Shown here piece by piece: positions 36,884 to 48,620 of a stretch of DNA of 64,000 nucleotides. The translations under genes and the position numbers were made by a program. The stretch's first letter is position 1. The number at the start of each line of letters is the position of its first letter. The notes under the pieces were generated by a model. The model ran no database searches and had not been told where the DNA came from. It worked only from the letters and a program-made list of their open reading frames with translations. Origin of the DNA: Vitrella brassicaformis CCMP3155 (lineage: Eukaryota > Protista > Chromerida); the NCBI GenBank assembly GCA_001179505.1, contig CDMY01001000.1:124001-188000 (forward strand). Reading direction: 5' to 3'.

Positions 36884-37426
36884 CTAGCTCTCAGCAATGC
36901 AGGCGAACGCTTTTGCAAAGACCACACTCGAGCTGGTGCAGCGGTCAAGTCCTCCTGGGGACAGCTCCCGGGCCATGAAGACCTCCTTTGGGTACTCGGT
37001 CTCAAATCGGGCGGCTGCATCCACAGAGAAGCCGAACCTCTGATAGTACTGAGGCGCCCCGACCACAAAGGCCGCCAGCCATTGGCCGTCTTGTTCCAGC
37101 TCGGCCAGGCCTTGCTTGATCAAAGCAGAGCCGAAGCCAGTGCCTTGGTGGGACCGCAGCACCGCCACGGGGGCCAATGTCACACACTGGAGGGGCTGCT
37201 GCAGGCGGGAGAACATGACGTGGCCAACGACCTCTCCGCTCTCATTGTTCTCATTGTTCTCATTGTCCTCGGCCACCAGAGCGACCACCACATCTCCGTC
37301 TTGGCGAAGTTGGTCCACCAGCTCACTCTCGCCGCTGTAGCCGTACTGGGAGCCGGCGAATGCAGTGGCCACGACTGCACGAATGGCGGTGAAGTCACTG
37401 GGCTGCTCTGGTCTTATCAGCATCAT
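36884..37426 (-). CDS. GNAT N-acetyltransferase, YhbS-like, intronless
   Basis: MLIRPEQPSDFTAI..AF..ESELVDQLR, VVGHVMFS, LAPVAVLRSHQGTGFGSALI (acetyl-CoA motif A), VVGAPQYYQRFGF. Confidence 0.9.
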   Translation of the reverse strand: MMLIRPEQPSDFTAIRAVVATAFAGSQYGYSGESELVDQLRQDGDVVVALVAEDNENNENNESGEVVGHVMFSRLQQPLQCVTLAPVAVLRSHQGTGFGSALIKQGLAELEQDGQWLAAFVVGAPQYYQRFGFSVDAAARFETEYPKEVFMARELSPGGLDRCTSSSVVFAKAFACIAES

Positions 37427-37827
37427 CCAGTCAAGTCAATGGCTTCCTGCAAGCACACGCGCTCCACATCGGACATGCTGAACCTTTGTCGTCGCTGCGG
37501 GCTGTCATCGTGTTTTACCTGGACTTCATCATTTCCTCAACCGCCGCATCCTTCCCACCAGATGTCAGTCTAAGCGTTTTTCGCATGCTAAGCTCGCAGG
37601 TTGGATCGCTCACAGATCCGCAGCTTTGTCGAAGCGTGGTTCGCTGTAGATCAGCAGGACATGGCGAGTTCTGAGCGAAGGTCGCAGGCCCCACTGGCCC
37701 CTCGAGCAACAACCACAGTCACCGAGCACAGACGAGAGCGCAGAGACCGGTGGCGCACGATGGACGACAGCAGGGGATGAGGGGCGTGTCAATCTGGTGT
37801 GTTCCTTGTCCCATCAGGGTGTACAAC

Positions 37828-39402
37828 ATGACTCTAGACCAGTTTCCTGCCTTGGAAGCCCTCTCCGAGTCGTTGTCCAAGCGTCAGGTCAGGAGGCTCA
37901 GCCTTGAAGTTTGCCGCTCCCCAGCCGATTCCGGGCTCCCTGTACAAATGGAGACCCCTCCCCTGACAAGCTGGCGGTGGCGCCCGCTGCTGGCCTTGGC
38001 ACTGCGGCTGATGGATTCCATCGTAAGTGCACAGAGAGAGAGACGGGGGGGAGAGGAAGGAAAAGCCGTGCACCCATTTGAGCCCTTGCTGTGTATCTCG
38101 CGCATCCAGGCCGTGTTCAGGGGGTGGTCTACGAGACAGAAGGTGAGAAGCGGCCACCCACACGCCAAATACGACCACCGGCTGTCGTATATGTCGAGAG
38201 ATACCTCCTGTCTGCTTTGGCTGCTTGTAGTTGAAATCCGACAAAGCGGCGGCGGTGAGCCTGTCGTCCATCCGACCACTGAGTTGCCTGCCTCTCTGCC
38301 TGACACACACACACGCGACATGACATAGTACCTTTCTTTGTGTGTGTTGCTTTAGCCCCTCGTTGAGGACATCAAGCTGGCGCGCAAGAGGGCGGCGATT
38401 GGTGTCCAAAGGAACTTCAAGAGGTGGCTCGTCCACAAACCCCTCAAGACCAGGGAGACGCACATCTATTTTTTGTGGCGCGGCGCGTGGAAAGGCGCAA
38501 ACATTGAGCCAGGCCAAAGAGTCGAGGTAAGCGGAGAGACACACAGATGATGGGCATACATGTAATGAGGCAACTCCTCATGTGTCTGCGTGTGTGCAGA
38601 TAAGCGGCGACTTCACGGCGCCCAACGTCTGGTCGGAATGGAAGCTCATGCGGTGGTGCCGTGTGCTAAGGTGAGTCACTCACCCATCTCTACAAATGAA
38701 CATTCTCAACCTGTGTGTCTCTGCTTTGCTGTGCCCTCATGGCGTGCAGGGCGTATGTCTTCGAGTTGCCGTATGCCTCACCCGACGGCCGAGGGCCAGG
38801 CAACTACCATTTCAAGTTCACGGTGGACGGCAAAGAGACCGTCGACCGCCAGACCGTCGGCAGCGAAAAGAAGGAGGGAGAAATATGTATGTCGATCTGG
38901 ACAGTCGACGGCAAGCGAATCTCGCGGCGGGTAAAAAGACATTACCTCGAGACCATCCGTGTCGCTACGAGAGACGCGGAGGGCCGCGAATGTAATGTCA
39001 TATCTGTCCCCGAGCGAAGCTCGACTGCTGTCGCTCTGCCCCCATCGCAGTCTGCGAAGTCAACACTCTCAACAACGCTCTCAATGCAGTCGACCAGACC
39101 GTCACTGACGATGCAGCTGACCCAACCATCACTGACGGAGGACAACAGCCTCAACTACAGCTCTACGGCCCTCGTCACCTTATCCAAGGCGGCCATTGCC
39201 TTCTACAAAGCAGGGCATTTCTCATATCGACCACTGTGGGAGCCTCCTCCCCCTCATGAGTACGAGTGCATTGAGGCCAAATTCCCGGAATTGCAAATAT
39301 GCGGAGTCAGAAATCACGGAAGCAGTAAGCCAAGTGGAATACGCCGCCTCACTCGAGAGACGAATTTCCTCCCTCTCTCCTTCTCTCTCTCTTTCTCTGT
39401 CT

Positions 39403-39438
<36 letters not shown>

Positions 39439-41182
39439 TGTGTTTGTTCAGTGTGTTACCTCAGCAGCTTTGTGCAGTGCCTGCGCCTGACGGACCTGTC
39501 CAGCAGCAATGTGCTCCATTTCAAGCTCGAGAAGAAGGGGGGGAAAAAGAGTCAGGAGGCGTTCAACCCGAATCTGCTGGACGCTGTCAAGACGCTCATC
39601 GCAGAATTCCTCATCACCGAACGGTACGCACCCCCCCCACACACACATGTCCCTCCATCCCTCCGTTGTTTGTGCAGATCGTACCTCGATCCGAGTGACA
39701 TGCTCAAGACGCTTCCCGTGTTTTACGCCATCGGGCGGCAACAGGACGCCACTGAGGCCGGCAGATACATATTCGAGGCTCTTGGCGGACACGCAAAGGT
39801 ACCGTTCTCCCCTTTCAGAGGCGTGTTTGGTGGTCGGGTGGTCACCAAGACAAAGTGCAAGGAGTGCGGCAGGATCAGCGAGAGGCCTGAGAAGATATAT
39901 GACCTCGGACTAGCCGTCCCAACCGAAAAGGCATACAAGAAAATGTCGGAGAAAGGTGATCAGTACACACACACACACACACACACAGATGTACAGCGCA
40001 GTCTCCTGTCTCTCTGTCTCTCTGTCTCTCTGTCTCTCTGTTTGTGCGTCTGTGTGGCTGTATTTGTGTGACAAACAGGTCGCAAGCGTCTGTCGGTGCA
40101 GAAGTTGTTGGAGGACTGCATGAGAGTGGAGGAAATGAGTGGCAACAACGCCTATGCGTGCAGCAAGTGCCTCAAGAAGCAGCCGGCCACCAAGTGGCTG
40201 GAGATTCTCCACCCGCCCAAACACCTCTTCCTCTGCCTCAACCGCTTTGCCTGGGACAGGACCGACGGCCGCTCGAAGAAGCAGAAGACACCCGTCTTCA
40301 TCGACAAGACACTTGTCCTTAATGACGGATTCCTCTACGACCTGTACGCCACCATCATCCACACGGTAAGTGACTGGACACACACAAACACACAGACAGA
40401 GTGAGTGCATCGTGTGTGTGATTGTCTGTCTACAGGGGCCGACCTCCACCTCAGGCCACTACTACACGATTGGCCGCCGGTCGGAGGGCAGCGCACAGCG
40501 CCACAACGAGTGGTACTGCTTCGACGACTCGCGAGTCACGCCCGTCCCTCACACCGTCATCGACAAGATCGCTTCGTCCACTGAGAAAGACGACAGGCCA
40601 TATGTACTCTTCTACAGGTACGCACACTGCGAAAACACACAGAATGCACCATGGATGGATGTGACGTGACCGGCGCACTGTGCAGATGCCGAACGGCGTC
40701 CGTGTCTCCCGTGCCTGCAATTCCTCGGGGCCTCTACGACAAGGCAAGGGCCAAGGAGGAGGCAGCAATCAAGGAGATGACCGAGGCCGGCCGGCAGCAG
40801 CATGAGAAGGAGAAGCACGACAGGACTGAGGAGGCCAAGAAGGTAAGAGACGCCTTCTGCATCCATGTCGTCTGCGGATGACTGTGTGTGCTTGTGATCT
40901 GCAGCTCCGCCTCTCGCAAGAACAAGCGAGCGACGCCGAGCCTTCTCAAAGCCTCGACAACCCCCACGACATCGAAGACCGCGTGTACGAAGCCGCCATC
41001 CGACAGGCCATGCGGCGGGAGGCCATGCGGCGAGCGGACGTACCGCATGAGGGGCCGCTGAAGGGCTCGGTGGACTTTACCATCAACTACATGACAAGGG
41101 TGACTGAGTGGCTGGAGGATGAAGGCATGCATGGTCATCTCTCTCCTTTCTGCGTTCGTGTGTTTGTGTGTTTGTGTATTTC

Positions 41183-41213
<31 letters not shown>

Positions 41214-42127
41214 GCGTTGGATACCCTCCAGCCGGGGCAGAATTTGTATATTGTGGGGTCCATCGAGGAACTTGGGGAGTGGGACCCGGCCCGGGCCGCC
41301 CCAATGAGGTGGACCCCGGGCCACAACTGGACGTGCTGCCTCGACCTCCCGCAAGGGCGTAAGAGACACAGAAGACCACAGGAAGAGAGAGAGAGAGAGA
41401 GAGATGTCTCCTCCTGTGCCGCGCCTGTCCATGTTCGTGTATGTGTGTGTGTTTTTTTCCATTTGTGTGTCTGTGCCGTCGATCCAGCCATTGAATACAA
41501 GTTTCTCGTCAAGGAGGGGGACGGGGTGGAGTGGGAGTTTGGGGGGAACCACAAGGTGGGCAGACAAGAGCAAGACGGACCACACACACACATACACAGA
41601 CACATGGAGATTGAGACACGACCTCTTTCGTTGGTGTGTCTTCTTTGGTTGGTGAATGCAATGACTGCAGCTGGATGTCTTGGAGGAGGAAGACACAGAG
41701 CTGTTGGATTGGTGGGGGCAGGGCGGGGGCTGAGGGAGGAGAGGGGAGGGGAGGGGAGGGGGAGAGGGAGAGGGAGGAGGGCCCCTTCTCGACGCCGTCC
41801 GAGGTCGACCTGACGCTGCTGCCAGCCCGACATCGCGGCACCGGCATACGTGACCCTCTCAACCGAGCCGCGGCCGCATACCCCGCTTCCCACGCGAGCA
41901 CCAAGGTGGTCTCCAAGTCCGTCCAAGGCAAGGCTCCGTTCCACCCTCACTCATCCGCCACCCCCTCACCCAGAACAACCAGCAGCAGGACTCCGCCTAC
42001 AAGCCAAGAGAGAAGCCGCCCTGCCGCACATCGACCGCCGGCGCCATCGCGTCCTCTCCCGCAGCGCCGCATACAAGACGTCCGGCTGGCTGGCCATCTC
42101 TCTCTCTCTGCTTGTCTTCCTCGCTGA
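37828..42127 (+). CDS. IQ-IQ - CBM48-like - USP (peptidase C19) - CBM20 deubiquitinase
   Basis: IQ: IQAVFRGWSTRQK and VQRNFKRW. CBM48/AMPK-beta-like: IYFLWRG..RVE|ISGDFTAPNVW..PGNYHFKFTVDG..CNVISV. Cys box: GVRNHGS|.CYLSSFVQCL. QQDATE; CKECG/CSKC zinc ribbon. His box: SGHYYTIG..WYCFDDSRV. CBM20: VDFTINYMTR|PGQNLYIVGSIEELGEWDP..IEYKFLV..WEFGGNH. The exact 5' exons and last exon are less certain. Confidence 0.88.
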
Positions 42128-43015
42128 CTGACTGACTGACTTTGTGCTTTTCTGTCTTTCTTTGCCTTGTGTTGTCAAGTTAGTGGCTGGCTATAGCTAT
42201 TCGGTCTGTGTCTGTCGAGTGGATGCAGCCAGCGTTACACGACTGTTCGGCTGCTCTATGTCTGCCCCCATCTCTCTTGATCTCTCTCTCTGGCTGCCCG
42301 ATACTGTGTGTCTGTCTGTCTGTCTGTCTGTCAGAGTGTGTGTCTATCTGTGTGTGGTCTGTCTTGCCGCGTGGGAGTGTGTGCGTTGCGGTGAATGAAT
42401 TCCGACTGGCTGACTGGCTGGCTTGTGGAAACAAAAGCACTTATCAATACCTCTCTCCCACTCCCCTCGCCTCCCCAAGTCGGCTCAGCCGATTCAGACA
42501 CTCAGAGAAAGGTCTTCTGCTGAAAAAGCGTCCCCATTTATCACACACATACACACAAACGTCATACTGACACACAAGGAGGCGCCAAACGACCACAGAA
42601 TCGACACAGGAAGGTTGTCTGCAGTGATGCAGTGATTCACTGAATGTAATGCATTTGTACATCATTGATTGATTGATTCATTGCTTGACTGACAAGCACA
42701 CACTCGTGTGACTCGACTGGCGCCACGTCACTGCAGAATGGCAAGGTGATCTCTTCGTTTCATGCAGCCGGCCGATCAAATCCCATTGCAAACTGACTAT
42801 CGTGACACTCATGTGAGAACACAAAACAGTAGCAGTGTGACCATATAGTCACTATGTCCTTCTAACTCGTAAATTCCCTTCCTGTCCGACTCGGCTCTGG
42901 GTTGGTCTCTCGTCCATTTTGAAGAGAGATCTCGGAATCAGTTCTCGCCGCTTTCCAGTCCTCACATATTTCCTGCGTTTTCGCCGCCCATCCCACCACC
43001 CACACCCACAGCACC

Positions 43016-44158
43016 ATGGTGCCGATAGCCGTAGTTTTGGCGCTTTTGGTGGGCCTTTGCGGGACCGTCCAGACGGCCAGTGACCAACCACAGACGGGCG
43101 GATGCATCGGTAGGCGCAGAAAAGCCCTTCACGTCGATGCACGTGTTAATCTGGTGCATTCCTGATCTTTGGTGCGAATGGACGTGTTTGTGTGTTTGTG
43201 TGCAGGGCGGGACGCATCGTGCCCGCTCTCTGAGGGGAAAAGCGCCTTCATCGAGAAACATGGTGGGCCAGATCTCCCAAAACAGCCATTGAAGGGTGGG
43301 TGGGTGGATGGATGGATGGATGTGTGTGTGTGTGATGGCTGTGATGGCTGCAGGTGGGTCTGTGTCGGCCGCCTCCCTGCAGACGGCACTTGGCGAGGCC
43401 AAGCGCATCGCCCAGGCCGCACACACGGTGAGCGGCAAGGCCCTCACGGCCGGCGACAAGGCCCTCACGGCGAGCGGCAAGGCCGTCACGGCACTCGATG
43501 CACTAACTACGACCATACTCAAGCAGACAGGACGCCCCGACACAGGTAGGTACACAAATGACACACGGGCGGTCGGGCGGGTACGATGGATGGATGGATG
43601 AATGGATCTCCTGCCTGCCTGCAGCGTCCGCCTCCCTGCAGGGGGGGCGGATCGGTGCGATGTGCGGTGTGGTCTTCAAGCCAGAGATGAAGTCCCATGA
43701 AACCTTGCTACACGACCAACAAGGGTATTATTTCACAGCGATGTCTACGCCATGCATGGCCTGAAGTACGCCTTCTTCTTCGACGTCGGCGGCGGGCCCG
43801 GCGGGCACCTCGCCAGCTGCAGCAAGAATGAAGGGTGTGTGATCGACGAAGTGGAGTTCGAGAACATCCGTGGTTCGGGGCACCCAGCTAATTCTCACGG
43901 CCTGGTGCGTGGGGGCCCATCAGTGTTGGTTGACAAGTTGCGTGCAAGTCTGTCTCTGTGTGTGTGTGTGTGCAGGGGACCTGCCAGGCCACGTGTGGGG
44001 ACGGCCAGGTCTATAACTTGGAATTTGGCGGGGGAAAATTCTGCATTCGTCCCGGCACTGTCAGTACCCACGCACCCACACCCACACCCACACACGCACA
44101 CACACAGTTTGTATTGCAGACACTGCAAGCGACCGATCCCCGTTGATGCGTTCCGACC

Positions 44159-44197
<39 letters not shown>

Positions 44198-44210
44198 TGT
44201 GTGTAGATGA
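43016..44210 (+). CDS. Putative secreted Cys-containing protein of unknown function
   Basis: Signal-peptide-like MVPIAVVLALLVGLCGTVQTA. Exons with KALTAGDKALTASGKAVTALD, MHGLKYAFFFDVGGG..CSKNEGC and GTCQATCGDGQVYNLEFGGGKFC. The frame near 43650-43750 is unresolved. Confidence 0.5.
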
Positions 44211-45079
44211 TTATGCACGTCAATGCAGACGACAAGAGGATCTTCACGGACAAACCTGCCGAGCCCCTGGCTGTCAGCTACGGCTTTCACATGGCTAAGG
44301 GCGAGAAATACATGTACGACATCATATTCCCCGGCCACCAAAGTACCGACTGACGGACGCCCACAGATCCCCGCCGGCCATCCCCCCTTGTTTGCACGCC
44401 TCTCCCTTCTATTCTCTCTGTCTGTCTGTGTGTCTGTCTGTCTGTCGATCAGTGTACCAGTAGCACGCGCCACGGCTGAGAAGAACCAGCCAAGGACTGC
44501 AACACACCACACACCACACTGGCCACCGGATAGCCAAGGGGGTGAGCTCGTCTCTCTGTGTCCGTCCGGCCACTTCTCGCTCTCTTCCTTTCACAGCCTG
44601 ACTTACTGACTTTGTGTTTTCTTTGTCCCTTTCCCTTTGTGAGTCTGCATGTGGTTTAAGGTTAGTGACCTCCTTCCTGCTTTCGAGGAGCTTGGCTGTC
44701 TGTGTGAGTGGGGGTGCTTTGAAGGCACACACACACACACGCACACGCATGGCCGGGGGGGCGAGTTCGTCACCAAAGGACCTGACAGCCCGACACACAC
44801 AGCGGACTGCGTGGCATTCAACGAGCCCACGCGTGCACCACCAGCCATTAGGCTTCAATTAAGCACGGCAGCTGCCTCTCGACGCCCTTGCAATGGGAAA
44901 AAGCCTCCAAAGCGAAAGCATTAGGGCTTGGGGTGGAGGGTTTGCGAGCTTAGAGGTGCAGTGGCTCCGCGCTGCTCTCTGCAACCGGCTGATCTCCCCT
45001 TGTGTAAGCCTCTTTGAACACTCTGCAGCACCTACACACCGCTCCGCTTCTCAATTCAAGTGATGCCGCGCTGTTTGTG

Positions 45080-45799
45080 ATGGCGGTATGGTCGTCTGCC
45101 GTCGCCGCCCGTGTGGCGTCTGTCGGTCTCCTGACCCTGGTGCTGCTGGTGCTGGGCGCCGTGAGCTACTGGGTCGTGCACGCAGCGACCTCCACAGACA
45201 GCGCTGCAACTGAGGACACTGGCAGGGATCGAGGCAAGCACAGGCGCACATCTCTGGATGCGTTGTGTCCATCGTGTTTTGAGTGTGTTGTCAGGTGGGC
45301 GTGCTCTTCTTCGTCGTGTGTCTGCGTCTGCTGCCGTGGTCAATGTCAGGGAAGATGGCACAGGTAGGTGGGCAGGCACACAGTCAGAGAAAGAGGGCAG
45401 GGCAGCAGCGGCACTCACTCATCCACTCGCTGTCCGCGCCTGTATCTGTATCTGTATTCGTCAGGTGCTGACACTCCAGTGCGTCGTTTGCAGAAGAGCC
45501 CGGGTGTGCAGATTACTCGGATAGCCAGAAGCAAAAGGTGAGGAGTACAATGGAGGGAGGGCAGAAGTGTGCACTTCAAGCTTCTTATGCGTGTGTTGGC
45601 ACACCCGCAGTGGTCCTGTGTGCCGCCACACACACAGGCAGCAAAGCATCCCTCTCATCTGTCGTGCGCGTGTCTGTGTGTCAGGTTGTGCCCCGTCTTC
45701 TCTCGGCGTGTGGAGCTGTATCGTCGACACACCCACACACCCGGCACAACCATAGATGAAGGTGCCACTGAGCATGTAGAGGCAGAGGTGGAAGATTGA
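45080..45799 (+). CDS. Possible small single-pass membrane protein
   Basis: MAVWSSAVAARVASVGLLTLVLLVLGAVSYWVV plus exon-like segments at ~45465-45538 and 45685-45799. Confidence 0.35.
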
Positions 45800-46269
45800 G
45801 CGCAGAGATCCATCTCACATGAGTTGATTGGAGTGCACCTTGGCCGTCCATTCATCCATGCGTGATGCCTGTATGTGCGTGTGTGTGTGTGTGAGTGTGT
45901 GCGACTGAGTGTCTCTTTTTGCGTGTAGTCCGTTCGTCTGCGCAAAGGGGCCGATGGACGGAGGCAGCGTATTCTGTGCTCCGTGTATATGTGTGTGTGT
46001 GCTGGTTTTCGTCTCAAGTCAGGTCACCCAGGTAGTTCGACCTTATGTAGGTTGCGTGATGTGATACCCTCAGCGAGTGTCGGCAGCTCTGTCTGTCGGT
46101 GCCGAAAAATCCACCTGGTTGGATGTTTTGGCTTTTTGTGCGTTGGCAAGGCGACAGAGATGAAGAGAATCAGATAAATGGACAGACTGAGTGAGTGAGT
46201 CTACACATGTGCTGTATTCTTTTCCTCTTGTTCCTTTTGTCTGCTGCCGTGTGTGTTGGTTGGCGTGTC

Positions 46270-46600
46270 GTTTGGTGAAGCGCCGGCACGTCACACACAC
46301 TGATGGGCCGGTGGCTCATTGAGCAACGTGACAAGTGACGGACACGGGGAAGGAGAGCGATGGCGAGATGATGCATGAGCCGTGTTTGGTCCACACGCTT
46401 TGGCGCGGTGTTTGCTGTCTGCTTTGGTCGTACGTCGCCTTCTGCTGCTTGTACACCGAGGGGCATCCCTTCTCGATGAGCGACCGGCAGACACCGATGT
46501 GCGACCAAAGCAGACAGACAGCAGTGAGTCTGCTGACATGTGGTTGTTCGTCTGCGCGCGGTGGGTGCCATGGGTCACCGACAAAAACAGTGTATGATTA
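46270..46600 (+). repeat. R2 dispersed repeat copy
   Basis: Shares blocks with 10690-10830 and with 57950-58300 (gggcatcccttctcgatgagcga.cggcagacacc). Confidence 0.65.
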
Positions 46601-46889
46601 AACGACGGTGTAAGTAACTACATTCACGGTAATCATTCTGTTCAGTCGGCCTCCACACAGACATGCAGCTATGTAGAACATATAGAGGCAGACACATGCA
46701 GGGGGTGAGGGATATGATCGATGAGAAGCCCCTCCCCTCCCCTCTCAAACCGCCACGACAGGACGACAGGCCGACCCACACCGATACAAAAGCCACGCAC
46801 AGCGCACAGACTCGTCCACTCAGAGCGCGACACACGCACACAAACATTAACGACATGCGATAGCTCCTTAGCTCAGCACCCGAGGCACA

Positions 46890-47755
46890 AAGTCAGACAG
46901 TGTCAACGAGGGACGAGCCCCAACTGGAGGCCGCCAGACAGACACCCACTGGATGAGAGTCATGACGATGGCATTAAGCCATCGGTGTCATGCCAGGAGT
47001 GAAACCGTCGTCATGGCAGCTCAACAAAAAATCGTCAGCAGGGCGTGGGAGAGACATGAAGTCTCTCTCGACCAGCAGCACGGCCCACAGGCAGCAGCAC
47101 CAGCACACTCACGGCAGACAGAAAGGGCCACGGGCGGCAGACAGACACACACGCGACAAAGGCAGCGACAACAGACACACACACACACACAGTGAGAGAT
47201 AAACCATCCCGACAACGGCAGGCACAAAGAGGCCCATCAGTGTGTGTGTGTGTGTCTGTGTGTGTGCTGTCTTCGGCTGCGCAGACGTCCATCAGTCTAT
47301 TGCACAAACACAGCACCCACTCGTGTGTCGCCTCCAGCCAGCGACCAAATGACCGGCCCACCCACAAAAACTTCCGTCCACGAAGGCATCTTTGCGCAGC
47401 GATCATCAAGGCAGACAGACAGACACGCAAAGTCAGACAGAGAGACAGACACGCAAAGTCAGACAGACATTGAGAGAGAGCAACTCTTCCCTCCTCTGCC
47501 GACACAGCACGACCAACACCATTCAACACACACACACACAGCGAGAGAGACTGTGAGGCAGCCGCACAGACAAAAGTCACTCGCTCATCCACTCATTGCA
47601 CACAGACAGACACACAGACAGACAGACAGCCAACACACACACACACACATCGCTCAACGTCGAGGCACTCAGTCAGACAGTCAACGAGTGAGGAGCCCCC
47701 GGCCACACACATGAATGAGTGTGGCACACACAGCCGCCCCCCGGTGTGTGTGGAC
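46890..47755 (-). repeat. R1 3'-flank repeat copy
   Basis: Same orientation and blocks as 6950-7880; follows the minus-strand FKBP tail at 47762. Confidence 0.8.
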
Positions 47756-47761
47756 TCTTTC

Positions 47762-47960
47762 CTACTCTATGCTGATCAACCGCAGCTGACGGTAGGGGCA
47801 CCAAGAGTCGTCTGGCAGTTTGATTTGTCTGACTTCCCCCTCCCGCATCTCCAGAAACGCCCCACGCTGCCACGCACCCCAATCAGACATACGACCCACC
47901 CGCCCACGGACATCGTATGCTTTGACCCGGCCGTCGAAGTCATCCCGCCACCCAATCCAG
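47762..47960 (-). pseudogene. 5'-truncated FKBP-like fragment
   Basis: WIGWRDDFDGRVKAYDVRGRVGRMSDWGAWQRGAFLEMREGEVRQIKLPDDSWCPYRQLRLISIE*; the N-terminal half is replaced by non-coding repeat sequence. Confidence 0.8.
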
Positions 47961-48102
47961 TGTCTGTGTGGCTGAGCACTGAACACTCTCGTGTGTCGCC
48001 GCCAGCCAGCCAACCCGGTAGGATAAAGGCAGAACGGCACACAGACATTCCGAGACGCCCTCCCCTCTCAACGCAGCGCGACAGACATCATGAGAATGAA
48101 CA

Positions 48103-48138
<36 letters not shown>

Positions 48139-48286
48139 CTGTGGGTGGCCGGCCGAACAACACTCTCACTCCTTTGCTCAAAGCCAGAGCACACAGCCAC
48201 CAACTCAGCCAGGCAGCGAAAAAGGAGCTCTCGGCCACACACACAGCCGTCCCCCCGTGTGTGTGTGTGTGTGTGTGCAGTCTCTC

Positions 48287-48385
48287 CTACTCTATGCTGC
48301 TCAAGCGCAGCTGATTGTAGGGGACAACAAATCCGTCTGGCAGTTTGATTCGCCTCACTTCGCCCTCCCTTCGGCCTGATAAGAA
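48287..48385 (-). pseudogene. Shorter 5'-truncated FKBP-like fragment
   Basis: REGEVRRIKLPDGFVVPYNQLRLSSIE*; abuts 3'-flank sequence homologous to 30840-30970. Confidence 0.75.
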
Positions 48386-48620
48386 TGCGCCCTTCTTTAT
48401 GTGTGCCCACACACCCCTGCCCTTGCACACGCTGGACAATTCACGACACATCCACGCATAGAGAGTCATATGGCTGACAAAAATCACAACGCATTTCCTC
48501 TTCGCCACTCAGATCTCAGACACACAGTCAGCCAGACACCGAGTGAAGAGCCCCCGGCCACACGCATGAGTGTGTGACACACACAGCTGCCCACTACTGT
48601 GTGTGTGTGTGCACTCTCTC

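Noticed and set aside
36884-37426. Bacterial contamination of the scaffold
   Set aside because: The GNAT is flanked by microsatellite DNA and a multi-intron gene typical of the host, although a gap lies 500 bp away.
6861-47755. R1/R2 repeats as autonomous transposons or CRISPR-like arrays
   Set aside because: No transposase, RT or Rep-helicase ORF, no clear TIRs or TSDs, and no regular repeat-spacer periodicity.
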